Notes: a model not told the origin generated them from the sequence alone. Counted from the stretch's first letter, positions 10,766-21,339 are shown. The stretch: 64,000 nucleotides of DNA from Paracoccaceae bacterium (GCA_965116235.1 OZ220496.1:2782693-2846692), one strand, 5' to 3'. Made by a program: numbers and translations.

Positions 10766-11260
10766 ATGCTTGCACTTGCCGACTGCCTGGATGCCATAAA
10801 CAAATCCGTCGCCCGGGCCGTACGGTGGCTCGTCGTGATTATGGTGCTCATTCAGTTTGGCATCGTTCTCGGCCGATATGTTTTTGGCATCAACTCCATC
10901 GCGGTGCAGGAAAGCGTTCTGTATCTGCACGCCACGCTGTTCATGTTGAGTGCAGGATATACGCTGCTGGTCGATGGTCATGTGCGAGTGGACGTCTTTT
11001 ACGCTCGACTGTCTGATTCGGTCAAACGAAAGATCGATGTCTTTGGGCATCTCTTTTTGCTCATGCCGGCCATGCTGACCCTGCTTTATTGGTCCTGGCC
11101 GTCCGTCCGAAATTCCTGGTCAATCCTCGAAGGACCCATCTCGGTCGGCGGGATCGAAGCTGTGTTCCTGCTAAAATCCCTTATCCCCGCATTCTGCGTG
11201 TTGGTCATCATACAATCTCTTGCCATTCTGATTCGACTGTTCCTGGCCCCAAAGGAATGA
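10766..11260 (+). CDS. TRAP transporter small permease (DctQ-type)
   Basis: 164 aa, four hydrophobic segments, located between the TRAP binding protein and the large permease. Its stop overlaps the next start (ATGA at 11257-11260). Confidence 0.85.
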   Translation: MLALADCLDAINKSVARAVRWLVVIMVLIQFGIVLGRYVFGINSIAVQESVLYLHATLFMLSAGYTLLVDGHVRVDVFYARLSDSVKRKIDVFGHLFLLMPAMLTLLYWSWPSVRNSWSILEGPISVGGIEAVFLLKSLIPAFCVLVIIQSLAILIRLFLAPKE

Positions 11261-12804
11261 CCGCACATCTTGACATCATCATGTTTGCGGCACTTATGAT
11301 CGCCGTTCTCTCCGGGTTCCCCGTGGCGTTTTCGATTGCCGGAACCGCAGTAGTATTTGCCTACCTTGGTTGGCTCGCCGGAGAGATGGACATCTCACTT
11401 CTTGGTGCGCTTGGGCAAAGGGTATTCGGACTGATTTCCAACCAAGTCCTGATCGCCATCCCCGTCTTTATTCTGATGGGAGCCATCCTCGAAAAAAGCA
11501 AGGTTGCCGAAGATTTGCTCGACACCATGGGACGTCTGTTTGGCCAGCTGCGCGGAGGTCTGGGCATTTCGGTCGTACTCGTTGGAGCATTGCTGGCCGC
11601 TTCAACAGGTATCGTCGGCGCGACCGTCGTTGCCATGGGCCTGATTGCACTTCCATCAATGTTGCGGGCCGGTTACTCGAAACCCTTCGCGGCAGGAATC
11701 GTTTGCACGGCCGGAACGCTTGGCCAGATCATTCCCCCTTCAACGTTACTGATTATTTTGTCAGATGTGATGTCGAATGCCTTTCAGCAAGCTCAATATG
11801 CGCAAGGTCAGTTCAGTGTCGAAGCCCTTTCGGTTGGCCAGTTTTTCGCCGCAGCACTGGTGCCCGGCCTTGTCTTGGTTCTCCTGTATCTCATCTACAT
11901 CATTGCTCGAGGTTACATTTTTCCAGCCGAAGCGCCACCGCTCTCAGTTGCACGGCCGCCGATCTTCAGTGAAGTCGTGGGCGCCATAGTTCCGCCCATC
12001 GTTCTCATCTTTGCCGTTCTCGGATCAATCCTTGGCGGCGTTGCCACTCCAACTGAGGCCGCATCTGTGGGGGCGATTGGTGCACTGTTGATGGCCGTCA
12101 TACGCCAAGGGGCGAACCGAACCTTTCTCGTCGGCGGCACGACGGCGCTGGTGCTCGCCTTGCTGCTGTCGGGTGCGTTTCCAGTCCGACTGCAAAGAGA
12201 GACAGTGGACTCATCATCTGCCTTTCTTGGCGGTGTTTATGCGCTTTTGATCGTTGTGGGCCTCCTTGCTGTTCTGACTTCCGCCCGCTCCAGCATCCGG
12301 ACAGGGATGTTACGCGATGCAGCGGTTTCGACGATGACAATGACCTCAATGATTTTTGCGACGATTTTGGCTGCCAGCTTCTTTTCGCTGGTATTCATTG
12401 GCTTGGGTGGAGAAGATCGTACAGCCCACATACTGTCGCAGTTGCCGGGTGGATCCACAGGAGCCTTGTTGTTCACGATGATCTTTTTGTTTGTGCTTGG
12501 CTTTTTCCTCGACTTCGTCGAGATCGCGGTTATCGTATTGCCACTGGTGACACCCCAACTGATCCTTATGGGGCACGATCCAATTTGGCTCGGTATCTTG
12601 ATTGCTATCAACCTGCAGACCAGTTTCCTGACGCCACCATTCGGATTCTCACTATTCTACCTGCGTGGAGCTGCACCGGACGATGTGACAACAACCGCTA
12701 TATATCGCGGAGTTGTTCCCTTTATCGCACTGCAGATTCTGGGGATGCTGCTCATTTGGCAACTCCCCGTCCTTGCCACCTGGCTTCCACGCGTCATTTT
12801 TTAG
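11257..12804 (+). CDS. TRAP transporter large permease (DctM-type)
   Basis: Polytopic membrane protein. The ATG at 11257 (MTAHLDIIMFAAL...) is coupled to the dctQ stop. The 11089 start in the ORF track would overlap dctQ with a non-membrane, Arg-rich extension. Confidence 0.9.
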   Translation: MTAHLDIIMFAALMIAVLSGFPVAFSIAGTAVVFAYLGWLAGEMDISLLGALGQRVFGLISNQVLIAIPVFILMGAILEKSKVAEDLLDTMGRLFGQLRGGLGISVVLVGALLAASTGIVGATVVAMGLIALPSMLRAGYSKPFAAGIVCTAGTLGQIIPPSTLLIILSDVMSNAFQQAQYAQGQFSVEALSVGQFFAAALVPGLVLVLLYLIYIIARGYIFPAEAPPLSVARPPIFSEVVGAIVPPIVLIFAVLGSILGGVATPTEAASVGAIGALLMAVIRQGANRTFLVGGTTALVLALLLSGAFPVRLQRETVDSSSAFLGGVYALLIVVGLLAVLTSARSSIRTGMLRDAAVSTMTMTSMIFATILAASFFSLVFIGLGGEDRTAHILSQLPGGSTGALLFTMIFLFVLGFFLDFVEIAVIVLPLVTPQLILMGHDPIWLGILIAINLQTSFLTPPFGFSLFYLRGAAPDDVTTTAIYRGVVPFIALQILGMLLIWQLPVLATWLPRVIF

Positions 12805-13138
12805 ACGACTCCGACGAGCGGCGAGAAGCTCTAGCGCGGCAAAGCTCAGGGTTCCTCACAGCCTGAAAATTCAACCTGCCCAAGAAACCGAGGAGAACCT
12901 TCTGGGCGGAGCGATCGCGTAGTGGAATCGAGTAGGCCTTTCAGGTAAGTTGGTGCTGCATTCGCTGCTGATCCCGGGCAGGCCTGGCCTCTGGAAACAT
13001 AACGCAAAATGGCCGAAGCCCTTTGGTCTCGCCGGTTTGATGCCCTCCATCCTTCCGGCCAGTTCGGGATGCTCGTCTCTAGAGAATTATCAAGCCCGAG
13101 ATCGAATGGCCCCGTCGTACCATATCAACGAGCGCTGA

Positions 13139-13789
13139 TCAAAATGGTGGATGCAAGGCCAAGGCAAGAGTCGCCTCTATATCTCGGACCGAATTGGTTA
13201 CGGCACGACCGATCAGGTCCATGTTGCGAATCTGCCTTATCCTGTCCTTGCACTTCTTGTGCTGCATTTCCGACAAGATATGCTTGAATATTCCACAGGC
13301 ATCGACGAGACCGATGATCACAATGTCTCTTGGTCCGGGTATTTTGTCACTGAACAGAACGTCCAGTATCCGCAGCTTGACTTCCTGCTCGACCTTTCCA
13401 TCAATCACAGGATATCGACGAGTGCGAAAAACCCATAAAAACCGATCATCGACCTTCTCCAATATTTTCTTCTCCACCAGGCGACCCAATGCCAGTTTCT
13501 TGATTCTCTCGGAATCCAAAGCCAACGTCTCAACCCAACCCTTGGGATCCTTGTTGTCTTCACTGTCAACAATTGCCCTCAAAATTGGATCATACATTTC
13601 ATCCCCGGTCGGAGTGGAATCAATGACCGAGAGCCGTTCCAAATCCGTATCAATCTTGTCCAGCAACGCCAACTCCATCATGACGGAACCAGCCAGGACA
13701 CACCGCATGGAAAGCTCAGGCACATGAAGAATCCTGCCGTCTTCATCCTCAATCAGCATCAGCATAATTTCTTCAGGAAAACTTAACAT
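13139..13789 (-). CDS. GPP34/GOLPH3-family protein
   Basis: MLSFPEEIMLMLIEDEDGRIL...RCVLAGSVMMELALLDKI matches the characteristic N-terminal pattern of the GPP34 family. The ATG at 13789 is preferred over the TTG at 13795. Confidence 0.7.
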   Translation of the reverse strand: MLSFPEEIMLMLIEDEDGRILHVPELSMRCVLAGSVMMELALLDKIDTDLERLSVIDSTPTGDEMYDPILRAIVDSEDNKDPKGWVETLALDSERIKKLALGRLVEKKILEKVDDRFLWVFRTRRYPVIDGKVEQEVKLRILDVLFSDKIPGPRDIVIIGLVDACGIFKHILSEMQHKKCKDRIRQIRNMDLIGRAVTNSVRDIEATLALALHPPF

Positions 13790-14066
13790 CCACAAATCTC
13801 ACTTTCTCAGATTTCCGACCCCGCTTGCCAAACCGATCACAACGCGAATTGCGATTTGCATAAGCAGAACTAGATGGCCCGTGTCATATTTCAACCGATT
13901 TCCACCCTTTGTGAACTCTGCCATGGCCAAGCCCTAGCAAACTTTTCTGACGCAGCAAGAATCCTGCCTTCGGCTAGGAAATCGCTCACGCAAGCATACA
14001 TATTGTTACTATAACATTCTTTACCTCTTGCCAACGGTATATTCAAATTACTTGAATTCGAAGCCC

Positions 14067-15110
14067 ATGGACATGCACATCAAATCACCGCATGGGTTGA
14101 ACCAGGCACCACCCTTGGTCGATCCTTTTTTGCGCCCGATCACCTACCTAAGGGTCTCAGTTACCGACCGATGTGATTTCCGGTGCGTATATTGCATGTC
14201 AGAAAACATGGTGTTTGTCCCCAAGAAAAATCTCCTGACCCTCGAGGAACTGGATCGTTTGTGCTCAATTTTTATCAAGCTTGGCGTGACCAAAATCAGG
14301 CTTACAGGAGGCGAGCCCCTGGTTCGAAGAGGCTTGCTTGATTTTATCCGGGACATGTCACGGCATCTCAAGGCCAAGAGCCTAAGCGAGTTGACCTTGA
14401 CGACCAACGGCTCGCAACTTGCACGATTTGCCGCTGATCTCTACGATGCCGGAGTTCGACGTTTGAACGTCTCGCTTGATACCCTTGATGCCGACAAGTT
14501 CAAGCAAATCACCCGCTGGGGACGTTTCGAAAAGGTGCTGGATGGCATTATGGAAGCCAAGCGGCGCGGCTTGAAGATCAAGATCAATACCGTGGCCCTC
14601 AAGAACTTTAACGAAAGTGAACTGTTCGATTTGACAGGCTGGTGTGCGGAGCACGATTTTGATCTCACTTTTATCGAGGTGATGCCGATGGGTGATATCG
14701 GCAATGAAAACCGGATCGGACAATTCTGGTCTCTCACTGCTTTGCGAAAACAGCTGGAAACTCGATACACCCTGTTGGATACTGCCGAAAGAACGGGGGG
14801 ACCGGCCACTTACGCCAAGATTCGCGAGACCGGTCAGAGAATCGGCTTCATCACTCCCCTCACCCATAATTTTTGCGAGCTTTGCAATCGGGTTCGTATC
14901 ACCTGCACGGGAGATTTGTACATGTGTCTGGGGCAGGAAGACAAGGCGGACCTGAAAACGCCCCTTCGAAACTATCCCGATGACGACGGGCCGACAATCA
15001 AGGCTATAACCGCCGCCATCGCCAACAAGCCCAAGGGGCATGATTTTGATTACTCAAGACAAACGATTCGTGGCCAGATCACGCGTCACATGAGTCATAC
15101 TGGCGGCTGA
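14067..15110 (+). CDS. moaA: GTP 3',8-cyclase (molybdenum cofactor biosynthesis protein A, radical SAM)
   Basis: [18 protein letters not shown] radical-SAM cluster motif and a C-terminal [17 protein letters not shown] second cluster. The longest ORF starts at a TTG (14028). ATGs at 14067 and 14073 are closer to the usual N-terminus. Confidence 0.92.
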   Translation: MDMHIKSPHGLNQAPPLVDPFLRPITYLRVSVTDRCDFRCVYCMSENMVFVPKKNLLTLEELDRLCSIFIKLGVTKIRLTGGEPLVRRGLLDFIRDMSRHLKAKSLSELTLTTNGSQLARFAADLYDAGVRRLNVSLDTLDADKFKQITRWGRFEKVLDGIMEAKRRGLKIKINTVALKNFNESELFDLTGWCAEHDFDLTFIEVMPMGDIGNENRIGQFWSLTALRKQLETRYTLLDTAERTGGPATYAKIRETGQRIGFITPLTHNFCELCNRVRITCTGDLYMCLGQEDKADLKTPLRNYPDDDGPTIKAITAAIANKPKGHDFDYSRQTIRGQITRHMSHTGG

Positions 15111-15130
15111 TAAGTGGAAGAGCATGAACG

Positions 15131-15529
15131 ATGAGCAGGAAAGTTGTAAAGTCTGATATTGAATGGCGCCGTCACTTGTCGGATCTGTCTTATCGTGTAA
15201 CTCGCAAGGGTGGCACTGAAAGGCCATTCACGAACGATGACTTCCCCAAGAAGAAGGGAAGATTTCTTTGCGTATGCTGCGGTGCCGACTTGTTTGATTC
15301 CCGACATAAGTTCGATTCGGGAACAGGCTGGCCAAGTTTTTATGCGCCCTCAACTGATGCCAATGTTGGCGAACGCGATGATTTTTCGCTTTTTCGAAAG
15401 CGTACCGAGGTCATCTGCAACAATTGCGATGCACATTTAGGACATGTGTTTCCTGATGGTCCGGAGCCCACGGGGCTTAGATACTGTATCAACGGAGCCG
15501 CTTTGGAATTTGCCCCGACTGAAGATTGA
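15131..15529 (+). CDS. msrB: peptide-methionine (R)-S-oxide reductase
   Basis: 132 aa with CVCCGADLF...GWPSF...CNNCDAHLGHVF...RYCINGAAL, the zinc CxxC pairs and the catalytic Cys context. Confidence 0.95.
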   Translation: MSRKVVKSDIEWRRHLSDLSYRVTRKGGTERPFTNDDFPKKKGRFLCVCCGADLFDSRHKFDSGTGWPSFYAPSTDANVGERDDFSLFRKRTEVICNNCDAHLGHVFPDGPEPTGLRYCINGAALEFAPTED

Positions 15530-15695
15530 TCGTCGATGACGAGCCTGCACAACTGGTGCCGATCGACATCAGGCTCATCGTCTTGCCGCGTGATGTCATG
15601 GCGGTTCATCCGGCATTTTCTTCCATGTTGCTCCGGTTTGGACGTCTGGACTGATCGCGCCGAACGACATGATCCGGTAAAGGAGAAAAAGTGCC

Positions 15696-16738
15696 GTGTC
15701 AGTTCATGATGCGAACAAGGCCCATCTTGAGCCTCTTTTGGTCATGCTTCGCAAGGGCAGCCATGAGGACCTGGCCGCGATATTTGAGAGGGTTTTTGCT
15801 GCCGATGCCACAATCCGCTTCGGTTATCCTTTCGGCAACCTGGTAGGGCCGGCAGAACTCTTGGAGAGCGTTTACGCTCCATTATTTCAAGCGATGCCTG
15901 ATTGGGAACGGCGCGACTTCATCGTCATGGCGGGAGCAGGTTGGGTCAACGCCCGAACTGGTAACTGGGTCGGGCTCGGCGGCAATTTCCTTGGTACACT
16001 CTCGGCTCCTTGGCTGGGTATTCCGGCGACTGGCAAACCGGTCTTCATGCGCTACCATGAATACCTGCGGATGGAAAATGACAAGATCGTTGAGATGGAA
16101 GCGCTATGGGACATACCCCAGGTCATGCTGCAAGCAGGAGCATGGCCAATGGCACCCCAACTTGGCTTGGAATGGATGTGTCCTGGCCCGGCCCATGGTC
16201 AGGGAGTCATAGCGACACCGCACAATGCCGCGAAGGCAAACCGCTCTGTACAGATCGTCTGGGACATGCTGCATGATCTGAAGCAAGGGGACGCAACGGC
16301 ACCGGATCGTGGCCTTGCAGGTTTCTGGCACCCAAACTGCCTCTGGTATGGACCCACGGGAATCGGTTCTGCCCGCGGCCATGCAGGAATCTGCAATGTC
16401 GTGCTGAAGAGCTTTCGCCAAGGACTCAGCCACAATTCCCGCAAACTCGACAGGGGCGTTTTTTTGGCGACCACGATCTTGTTGCCTTCAGCGGATGGCC
16501 ATAGGCGATCGCAACCCATTCTGGAGACGGGTTTCTAGGTCTTGCTCCAACTGGCAAGGTGTTCAACCGTCGGAGTCTTGATTTCTGGCGTATCGAGGAT
16601 GGCATGATTCGAGAAAACTGGGTCTTGGTTGACATGCTCGATCTCTATCGACAGCTCGGCATTAACGTGTTTGCCCGAATGGCTGCCCGTTGCGGCGACA
16701 ACCGCAACCATGAGAGTCAAAAGCACAACTGCCCTTGA
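15696..16738 (+). pseudogene. SnoaL-like / ester-cyclase family gene (two NTF2-like halves) disrupted by a frameshift and an in-frame TAG
   Basis: The frame from the GTG at 15696 ends at 16538. The family-typical C-terminus (HSGDGFLGLAPTGKVFNRRSLDFWRIEDGMIRENWVLVDMLDLYRQLGINVFARM) continues in the +2 frame to the TGA at 16736-16738. Joining the two parts needs one extra T in the T7 run (16459-16465), and the joined frame still has a TAG at 16502-16504. Confidence 0.6.
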
Positions 16739-16795
16739 CTCCGCAGGAACCGGCTTACAAGCATATCAATTGGAAGCAGCAACGACAGTCACGAT

Positions 16796-17269
16796 CTAGA
16801 ATTCGTCCCGCCGATTGGCTGCATCCGGAGCAATCAAATCGGGCGTAACGCGACCTAGACTTCGCAGGATTTGCTGAACCAGCGTCAATCGGCCCTTGTG
16901 AGTCTCGGTGACACGCTGGGTCAATCGCACCGGAATGCCATCCTCAAGACCATAGGTTTCAACGTTCGAAACGGTTCCGTCGTTGCCGTATGCAATCAAC
17001 ACGACGTTGCGTTCAACGACCTCGGGCGCTCTCAGCCCCCGACTGTGAATCGTATTTTCAACAAAAATCCATGACACGCCGTATTCATCATCAATCAGAG
17101 TGGGCGTTCCAATTGCATCAAACACCTGCTGCGGCGTGCTGACTCCAACCTCAATCGCAGCCAGTTCCTCGTCGGTCGGTATATGACCATGCCGGGAGGT
17201 TATACCTGCACATGCCACCAACAAAAGCACAGAAACACACAATGATGCAAGGCGAAACATGGTTTTCAT
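16796..17269 (-). CDS. bamE: outer membrane protein assembly factor BamE (SmpA/OmlA lipoprotein)
   Basis: Signal peptide with lipobox LLLVAC, followed by a SmpA/OmlA-like body of 157 aa. Confidence 0.75.
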   Translation of the reverse strand: MKTMFRLASLCVSVLLLVACAGITSRHGHIPTDEELAAIEVGVSTPQQVFDAIGTPTLIDDEYGVSWIFVENTIHSRGLRAPEVVERNVVLIAYGNDGTVSNVETYGLEDGIPVRLTQRVTETHKGRLTLVQQILRSLGRVTPDLIAPDAANRRDEF

Positions 17270-17524
17270 AAAGCGGATATCCTCGGTATTTTCAGCATGT
17301 CAAATCACATGTCCGACAGCCACTGGTTCTGGAACAGAATGCTAACATCACGCTCAATATATACACAACTTGGTGAATAATCGACAAGTGTTCCTATATT
17401 GACACGCGGGTATTGGTTGTCATCAGTCATACGGTCGATTATCAATATAGGACTCAAAGCCAATAATCAAATTAACGGGGCCGTTTGGCCATAGAAGTTT
17501 TCCCGATACGATTGGCACGAATCA

Positions 17525-18067
17525 ATGAACCGACGAACTGTCAAGGCCAGGCGGATCACAATTGCTGACCTGGGGCGTGAGGATGAACTTTTTCTGTCCT
17601 ATTCCCCCTCAAAGACTGAAAAAGAACAGATCTGCAAAGATCTCCAGGTTTTGGCCATTCACAAGCTCCAAATCAGTGGAAGTGTCTTGCCCTACAGGAC
17701 CAAAGACTGGGAGCTGGTCGGCAAACTGGCTGGACGCATAGTACAGGAGTGCAAAATCACTCTCGAGCCCATCCCCACAAGAATCAACATTGGTTTTGCC
17801 CGTCGCTACGTAAGCGACACGAGATTGCTTGACCCTCTCAGCAATAACAGGATTCCTGACGATGACAGTCTGGAGCCTCTGGAGCCGGTCGTTGACCTTT
17901 TCGATCTGGCACGTGAATTGCTGTTTCTGGAAATTCCCAGATTCCCGTTGAAGCCGGGAGCGGAGTTCCACTTTTCCGATACGAACGGTTCATCAGATCC
18001 GGCCCCTGATCACGAAGCCGTTCATCCGTTGGCCAAACTGGGGGAAATCTACAAAAAGCCGTGTTAA
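17525..18067 (+). CDS. yceD: YceD/DUF177 family protein
   Basis: 180 aa acidic protein immediately upstream of rpmF-plsX-fabH, the conserved position of yceD. Confidence 0.8.
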   Translation: MNRRTVKARRITIADLGREDELFLSYSPSKTEKEQICKDLQVLAIHKLQISGSVLPYRTKDWELVGKLAGRIVQECKITLEPIPTRINIGFARRYVSDTRLLDPLSNNRIPDDDSLEPLEPVVDLFDLARELLFLEIPRFPLKPGAEFHFSDTNGSSDPAPDHEAVHPLAKLGEIYKKPC

Positions 18068-18150
18068 TCGGCGGGCCCCGTCTTGTAATGACGGACAACC
18101 GGTTTACGTATCACTTTCATGTGTGTTTGGCAGAAGTATCGGAATTCAGG

Positions 18151-18354
18151 ATGGCAGTACAACAGAACAAGGTCAGCCCCGCCCGCAGGAACAAACGCAG
18201 GTCCCATGATGCGCTGCGAGCGGAGGGCTTGCGGGAGTGCGAGGAGTGCGGCGAAATGAAGCGACCCCACCACATCTGTTTCAATCCTGCGTGTGGCATG
18301 TATCGGGGAAAACAGGTCCTGATGGCCGCAGTTGAAGACATCGAAGAAGAGTAG
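18151..18354 (+). CDS. rpmF: 50S ribosomal protein L32
   Basis: MAVQQNKVSPARRNKRRSHDAL... is the canonical L32 N-terminus. The ATG at 18151 lies inside the longer track ORF. Confidence 0.95.
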   Translation: MAVQQNKVSPARRNKRRSHDALRAEGLRECEECGEMKRPHHICFNPACGMYRGKQVLMAAVEDIEEE

Positions 18355-19372
18355 ACTCACCCGCATTTCAAGATACGAAGGAACGGCCATCACCACGGTA
18401 GCAATTGATGTAATGGGAGGGGACAAAGGACCTGCTACGGTACTGGCCGGCATGGCCAAGGTGGTCAGCAAGTTCCCCGACTCCAGGTTCATTGTGCATG
18501 GTGACGAGGACCTGATCAAGAAATCGTTGAACAAGTTCAAGGCACTGAGAACGAGGTGTGAGATCAATCATACCACTCAGGTCGTCTCAATGGACGAAAA
18601 GCCGAGCAAGGTCGTTCGAAATGGCCGGGACAGCTCGATGTGGAAAACGGTCCAGACTCTCAAGGAGGGTTGTGCGGGCGTTGCCGTGTCGTGTGGAAAC
18701 ACCGGCGCTCTTATGGCCACTTCACTTGTCAATCTGAAAAAGTCGGCCGGCGTAACTCGACCGGCCATAGCCTGCTTGTGCCCCTCGCCCAATCCCGCAG
18801 GGTTCAATGTTTTGCTGGATGCCGGAGCCGACATCAGGGCCGACGAAAACGACTTGCTCTGCTACTCGGTTCTGGGCAATCAATTCGCACAGAGTGGTCT
18901 GTCGATTACAAGACCAAGGGTCGGACTCCTGAATGTCGGAATTGAATTGCACAAGGGGCGGGCTGAAATCAGGTCGGCCTATGACTTGATCCAAGCAAGT
19001 CAGGAGCAGAACAGATATCAGTTTATTGGGTTCGTCGAAGGTACGGACATCTTTTCATCCAAAGTGGACGTCATTGTCACCGATGGATTTACCGGCAACA
19101 CGGCCATCAAGAGTTCCGAGGGTGCCGCTCGTATAATTAGAGGCCAGTTGAAGGCGGCCTTTCAGCACACACCTTTTTCGCGCATCGGAGGCTTTTTTGC
19201 CTATACCTCGTTGCGCCGCTTTTTCAAGAAGATTGATCCCCGAAGAGCCAATGGCGGTGTCTTTCTGGGGTTGGATGGGATCGTGATCAAGTCCCATGGA
19301 GGATCGGATTCAGTCGGGATAGCTGCCGCCATCACGCTGGGAATGAGACTGGCAAGCGCCAAGAATTTTTGA
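18332..19372 (+). CDS. plsX: phosphate acyltransferase PlsX
   Basis: IAIDVMGGDKGP, NTGALMA and VTDGFTGN motifs. The only standard start upstream of the conserved N-terminus is the TTG at 18332, which overlaps the end of rpmF by 23 nt. Confidence 0.92.
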   Translation: MKTSKKSRLTRISRYEGTAITTVAIDVMGGDKGPATVLAGMAKVVSKFPDSRFIVHGDEDLIKKSLNKFKALRTRCEINHTTQVVSMDEKPSKVVRNGRDSSMWKTVQTLKEGCAGVAVSCGNTGALMATSLVNLKKSAGVTRPAIACLCPSPNPAGFNVLLDAGADIRADENDLLCYSVLGNQFAQSGLSITRPRVGLLNVGIELHKGRAEIRSAYDLIQASQEQNRYQFIGFVEGTDIFSSKVDVIVTDGFTGNTAIKSSEGAARIIRGQLKAAFQHTPFSRIGGFFAYTSLRRFFKKIDPRRANGGVFLGLDGIVIKSHGGSDSVGIAAAITLGMRLASAKNF

Positions 19373-19426
19373 TAGTTTGAGCCAGTTTTCATCCGACTTT
19401 CTCAATTTTTCGGAACAGCTTGAGTT

Positions 19427-20401
19427 ATGACCACATACAGCTCTGTGATCACGGGGACAGGACATCATTTGCCCGAAAGGGTTGTTACAAACGATTACTT
19501 CGAGGACCGTCTGGACACTTCCGATGAGTGGATCACCTCGCGGACCGGGATCAGTCAGCGACACTTTGCTGGCGAACATGAAAGCACATCGACGCTTGGT
19601 ACTGAAGCGGGCAAAAAAGCCATTGCCGACAGCGGCGTTCAACTGAATGAGATTGATCTCGTACTGGTCGCCACTTCAACACCGGACTACACCTTTCCAT
19701 CGGTTGCGACCCAAATTCAGGGCGAGTTGGGCATAACATCCGGCTGTGCCTTTGATATACAGGCCGTATGTTCCGGCTTCATTTTTGCCGTCGCCAACGC
19801 CCATGCCATGATCAAGGCAGGTGAAGCCACCAAAGCTCTGGTTATTGGAACGGAAACGTTTTCTCGAATACTCGACCACAAGGATCGATCAACCTGCATC
19901 CTGTTTGGCGATGGTGCCGGAGCCATCGTTCTGGAGGCCCGAGATTTTGCCGACCAGGAAGAGCCCTGTGGCATTCTGGCAACAGATCTGCATTCTGATG
20001 GGCGCTATCGCGAACTCTTGTTCGTTGACGGCGGCGTCTCGACAACGCAATCATCGGGGCATCTCAGAATGCAGGGTCGAGAGGTCTTTCGACATGCCGT
20101 CAACAAGCTGGTCACCTCAACGGAACGAGTCATGCAAAAGGCCCGAATCGACCACGTTGACTGGGTTGTACCCCATCAAGCGAACTATCGCATTATCAAG
20201 CAAACAACACAGCGGCTGAACATTGCTAGCGACAAGGTTATCCTGACACTCGACAAGCACGGAAACACTTCGGCGGCATCCATTCCGATTTCACTCTCGA
20301 TTGCCAATCGGAAGGGCACGTTCAAGCCGGGAGATATAATTCTGTCCCATGCCATTGGGGGCGGCTTTTGCTGGGGTGCATTTGTAATGCGATGGAATTG
20401 A
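19427..20401 (+). CDS. fabH: beta-ketoacyl-ACP synthase III
   Basis: 324 aa with AFDIQAVCSGF (active-site Cys), HQANYRI and GNTSAASIP motifs. Confidence 0.95.
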   Translation: MTTYSSVITGTGHHLPERVVTNDYFEDRLDTSDEWITSRTGISQRHFAGEHESTSTLGTEAGKKAIADSGVQLNEIDLVLVATSTPDYTFPSVATQIQGELGITSGCAFDIQAVCSGFIFAVANAHAMIKAGEATKALVIGTETFSRILDHKDRSTCILFGDGAGAIVLEARDFADQEEPCGILATDLHSDGRYRELLFVDGGVSTTQSSGHLRMQGREVFRHAVNKLVTSTERVMQKARIDHVDWVVPHQANYRIIKQTTQRLNIASDKVILTLDKHGNTSAASIPISLSIANRKGTFKPGDIILSHAIGGGFCWGAFVMRWN

Positions 20402-20488
20402 TGCTATCCTTGGCACGGCAGTTCGTCATTTGTACTTCTTGTTGAACGAAAACGGTCTTGTACTGTCAGATGGTCGAAGTTTTTTGTT

Positions 20489-20794
20489 ATGGGGACTGGC
20501 TTTATGGATGACGAGGTATTCATCAAGAATGATCTGATCGACATTATCCATGATCGACACGGGCTCTCGAAGAAGGATTGCCTCAGGCTGATTGATACGG
20601 TCTTCGAAGAAATCACGAGCGCACTCGCCCGGGATGAACGAGTCAAGATGACGTCGTTTGGCACTTTTGCGGTCAAATACAAGAAACCTCGTATGCTCAA
20701 GGATATCAGCACAAAAAAAGAGCTCTGCATCGACGCAAGATATCTGGTCAAGTTTATCCCCTCCGCCAAACTGAAAAAACGGATCAACGAGTAG
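20489..20794 (+). CDS. ihfA: integration host factor subunit alpha
   Basis: 101 aa HU/IHF fold with LSKKDCLRLIDTVFEEI...VKMTSFGTFAV. The position after fabH is typical of Alphaproteobacteria. The arm region (RMLKDISTKKELCI) is somewhat divergent. Confidence 0.88.
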   Translation: MGTGFMDDEVFIKNDLIDIIHDRHGLSKKDCLRLIDTVFEEITSALARDERVKMTSFGTFAVKYKKPRMLKDISTKKELCIDARYLVKFIPSAKLKKRINE

Positions 20795-20817
20795 AACGGT
20801 TCAGAACCGGCTCGACT

Positions 20818-21339
20818 ATGGCGACCCACAGCAACTTGGATCTGAAGGTCATAGGAAAAGTTTCGGACCGGCTCGGAGTTGAACAGCATACCCTTCGCTA
20901 TTGGGAGTCCAAGTTTGAGCAAATCAGTCCGGTCATTCGAAATCGGCGACGATACTATCGACCCGAGGATATCGAACTTCTGCAAGTGATTCGTGACCTG
21001 TGCATCAAGCAGGGCTACACGCTCAAGAAAGTCAGCCGCATCATTCAACAGAACGGAGCGTGTCATGCCAAAAGCCTGATTGCCGAATCTGCTACCAGCA
21101 CAGCCCCCTCCCATCAGCAACAAGCAGATCAAGTCATGGCGCCCCTGGCAGGTGAAGACTGCCGGACCCTCAATATGCAAGATCTGGATTCCTTTTGCTT
21201 GGCAGTCAACTCAAGCGGGTTGGGGATCAAGATTGATTTGGAAGAAAAGCGGCACAGAATGTTGAACGCCGCACAGAAGGAGGCACTTCAATCTCTCCTG
21301 CACCGGCTGAACGAAATCCGTGATCGCATGAAAGGCTGA
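20818..21339 (+). CDS. MerR-family transcriptional regulator
   Basis: IGKVSDRLGVEQHTLRYWESKF...RRYYRPEDIELL is a MerR helix-turn-helix. It lies directly after ihfA. Confidence 0.85.
   Translation: MATHSNLDLKVIGKVSDRLGVEQHTLRYWESKFEQISPVIRNRRRYYRPEDIELLQVIRDLCIKQGYTLKKVSRIIQQNGACHAKSLIAESATSTAPSHQQQADQVMAPLAGEDCRTLNMQDLDSFCLAVNSSGLGIKIDLEEKRHRMLNAAQKEALQSLLHRLNEIRDRMKG

Noticed and set aside
10346-11050. 234 aa minus-strand ORF across the TRAP binding-protein and small-permease genes.
   Set aside because: It is antisense to two strongly supported genes and is a shadow ORF.
11089-11256. Upstream extension of the TRAP large permease (the track start at 11089).
   Set aside because: The extension is Arg/Pro-rich, not hydrophobic, and overlaps dctQ. 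The ATGA coupling at 11257 is the natural start.
13796-14027. Possible Moco riboswitch upstream of moaA.
   Set aside because: I could not find the conserved Moco-motif core elements or a convincing multi-stem fold by eye. A covariance-model (CM) search with Rfam RF01055 would be needed to be sure.
17399-17404. TTGACA hexamer upstream of yceD as a promoter -35.
   Set aside because: No acceptable -10 hexamer at a 16-18 nt spacing (only ATCAGT). It is too weak to report.
20404-21180. 258 aa minus-strand ORF.
   Set aside because: It overlaps the well-supported ihfA and MerR genes on the opposite strand and has no recognisable motifs.
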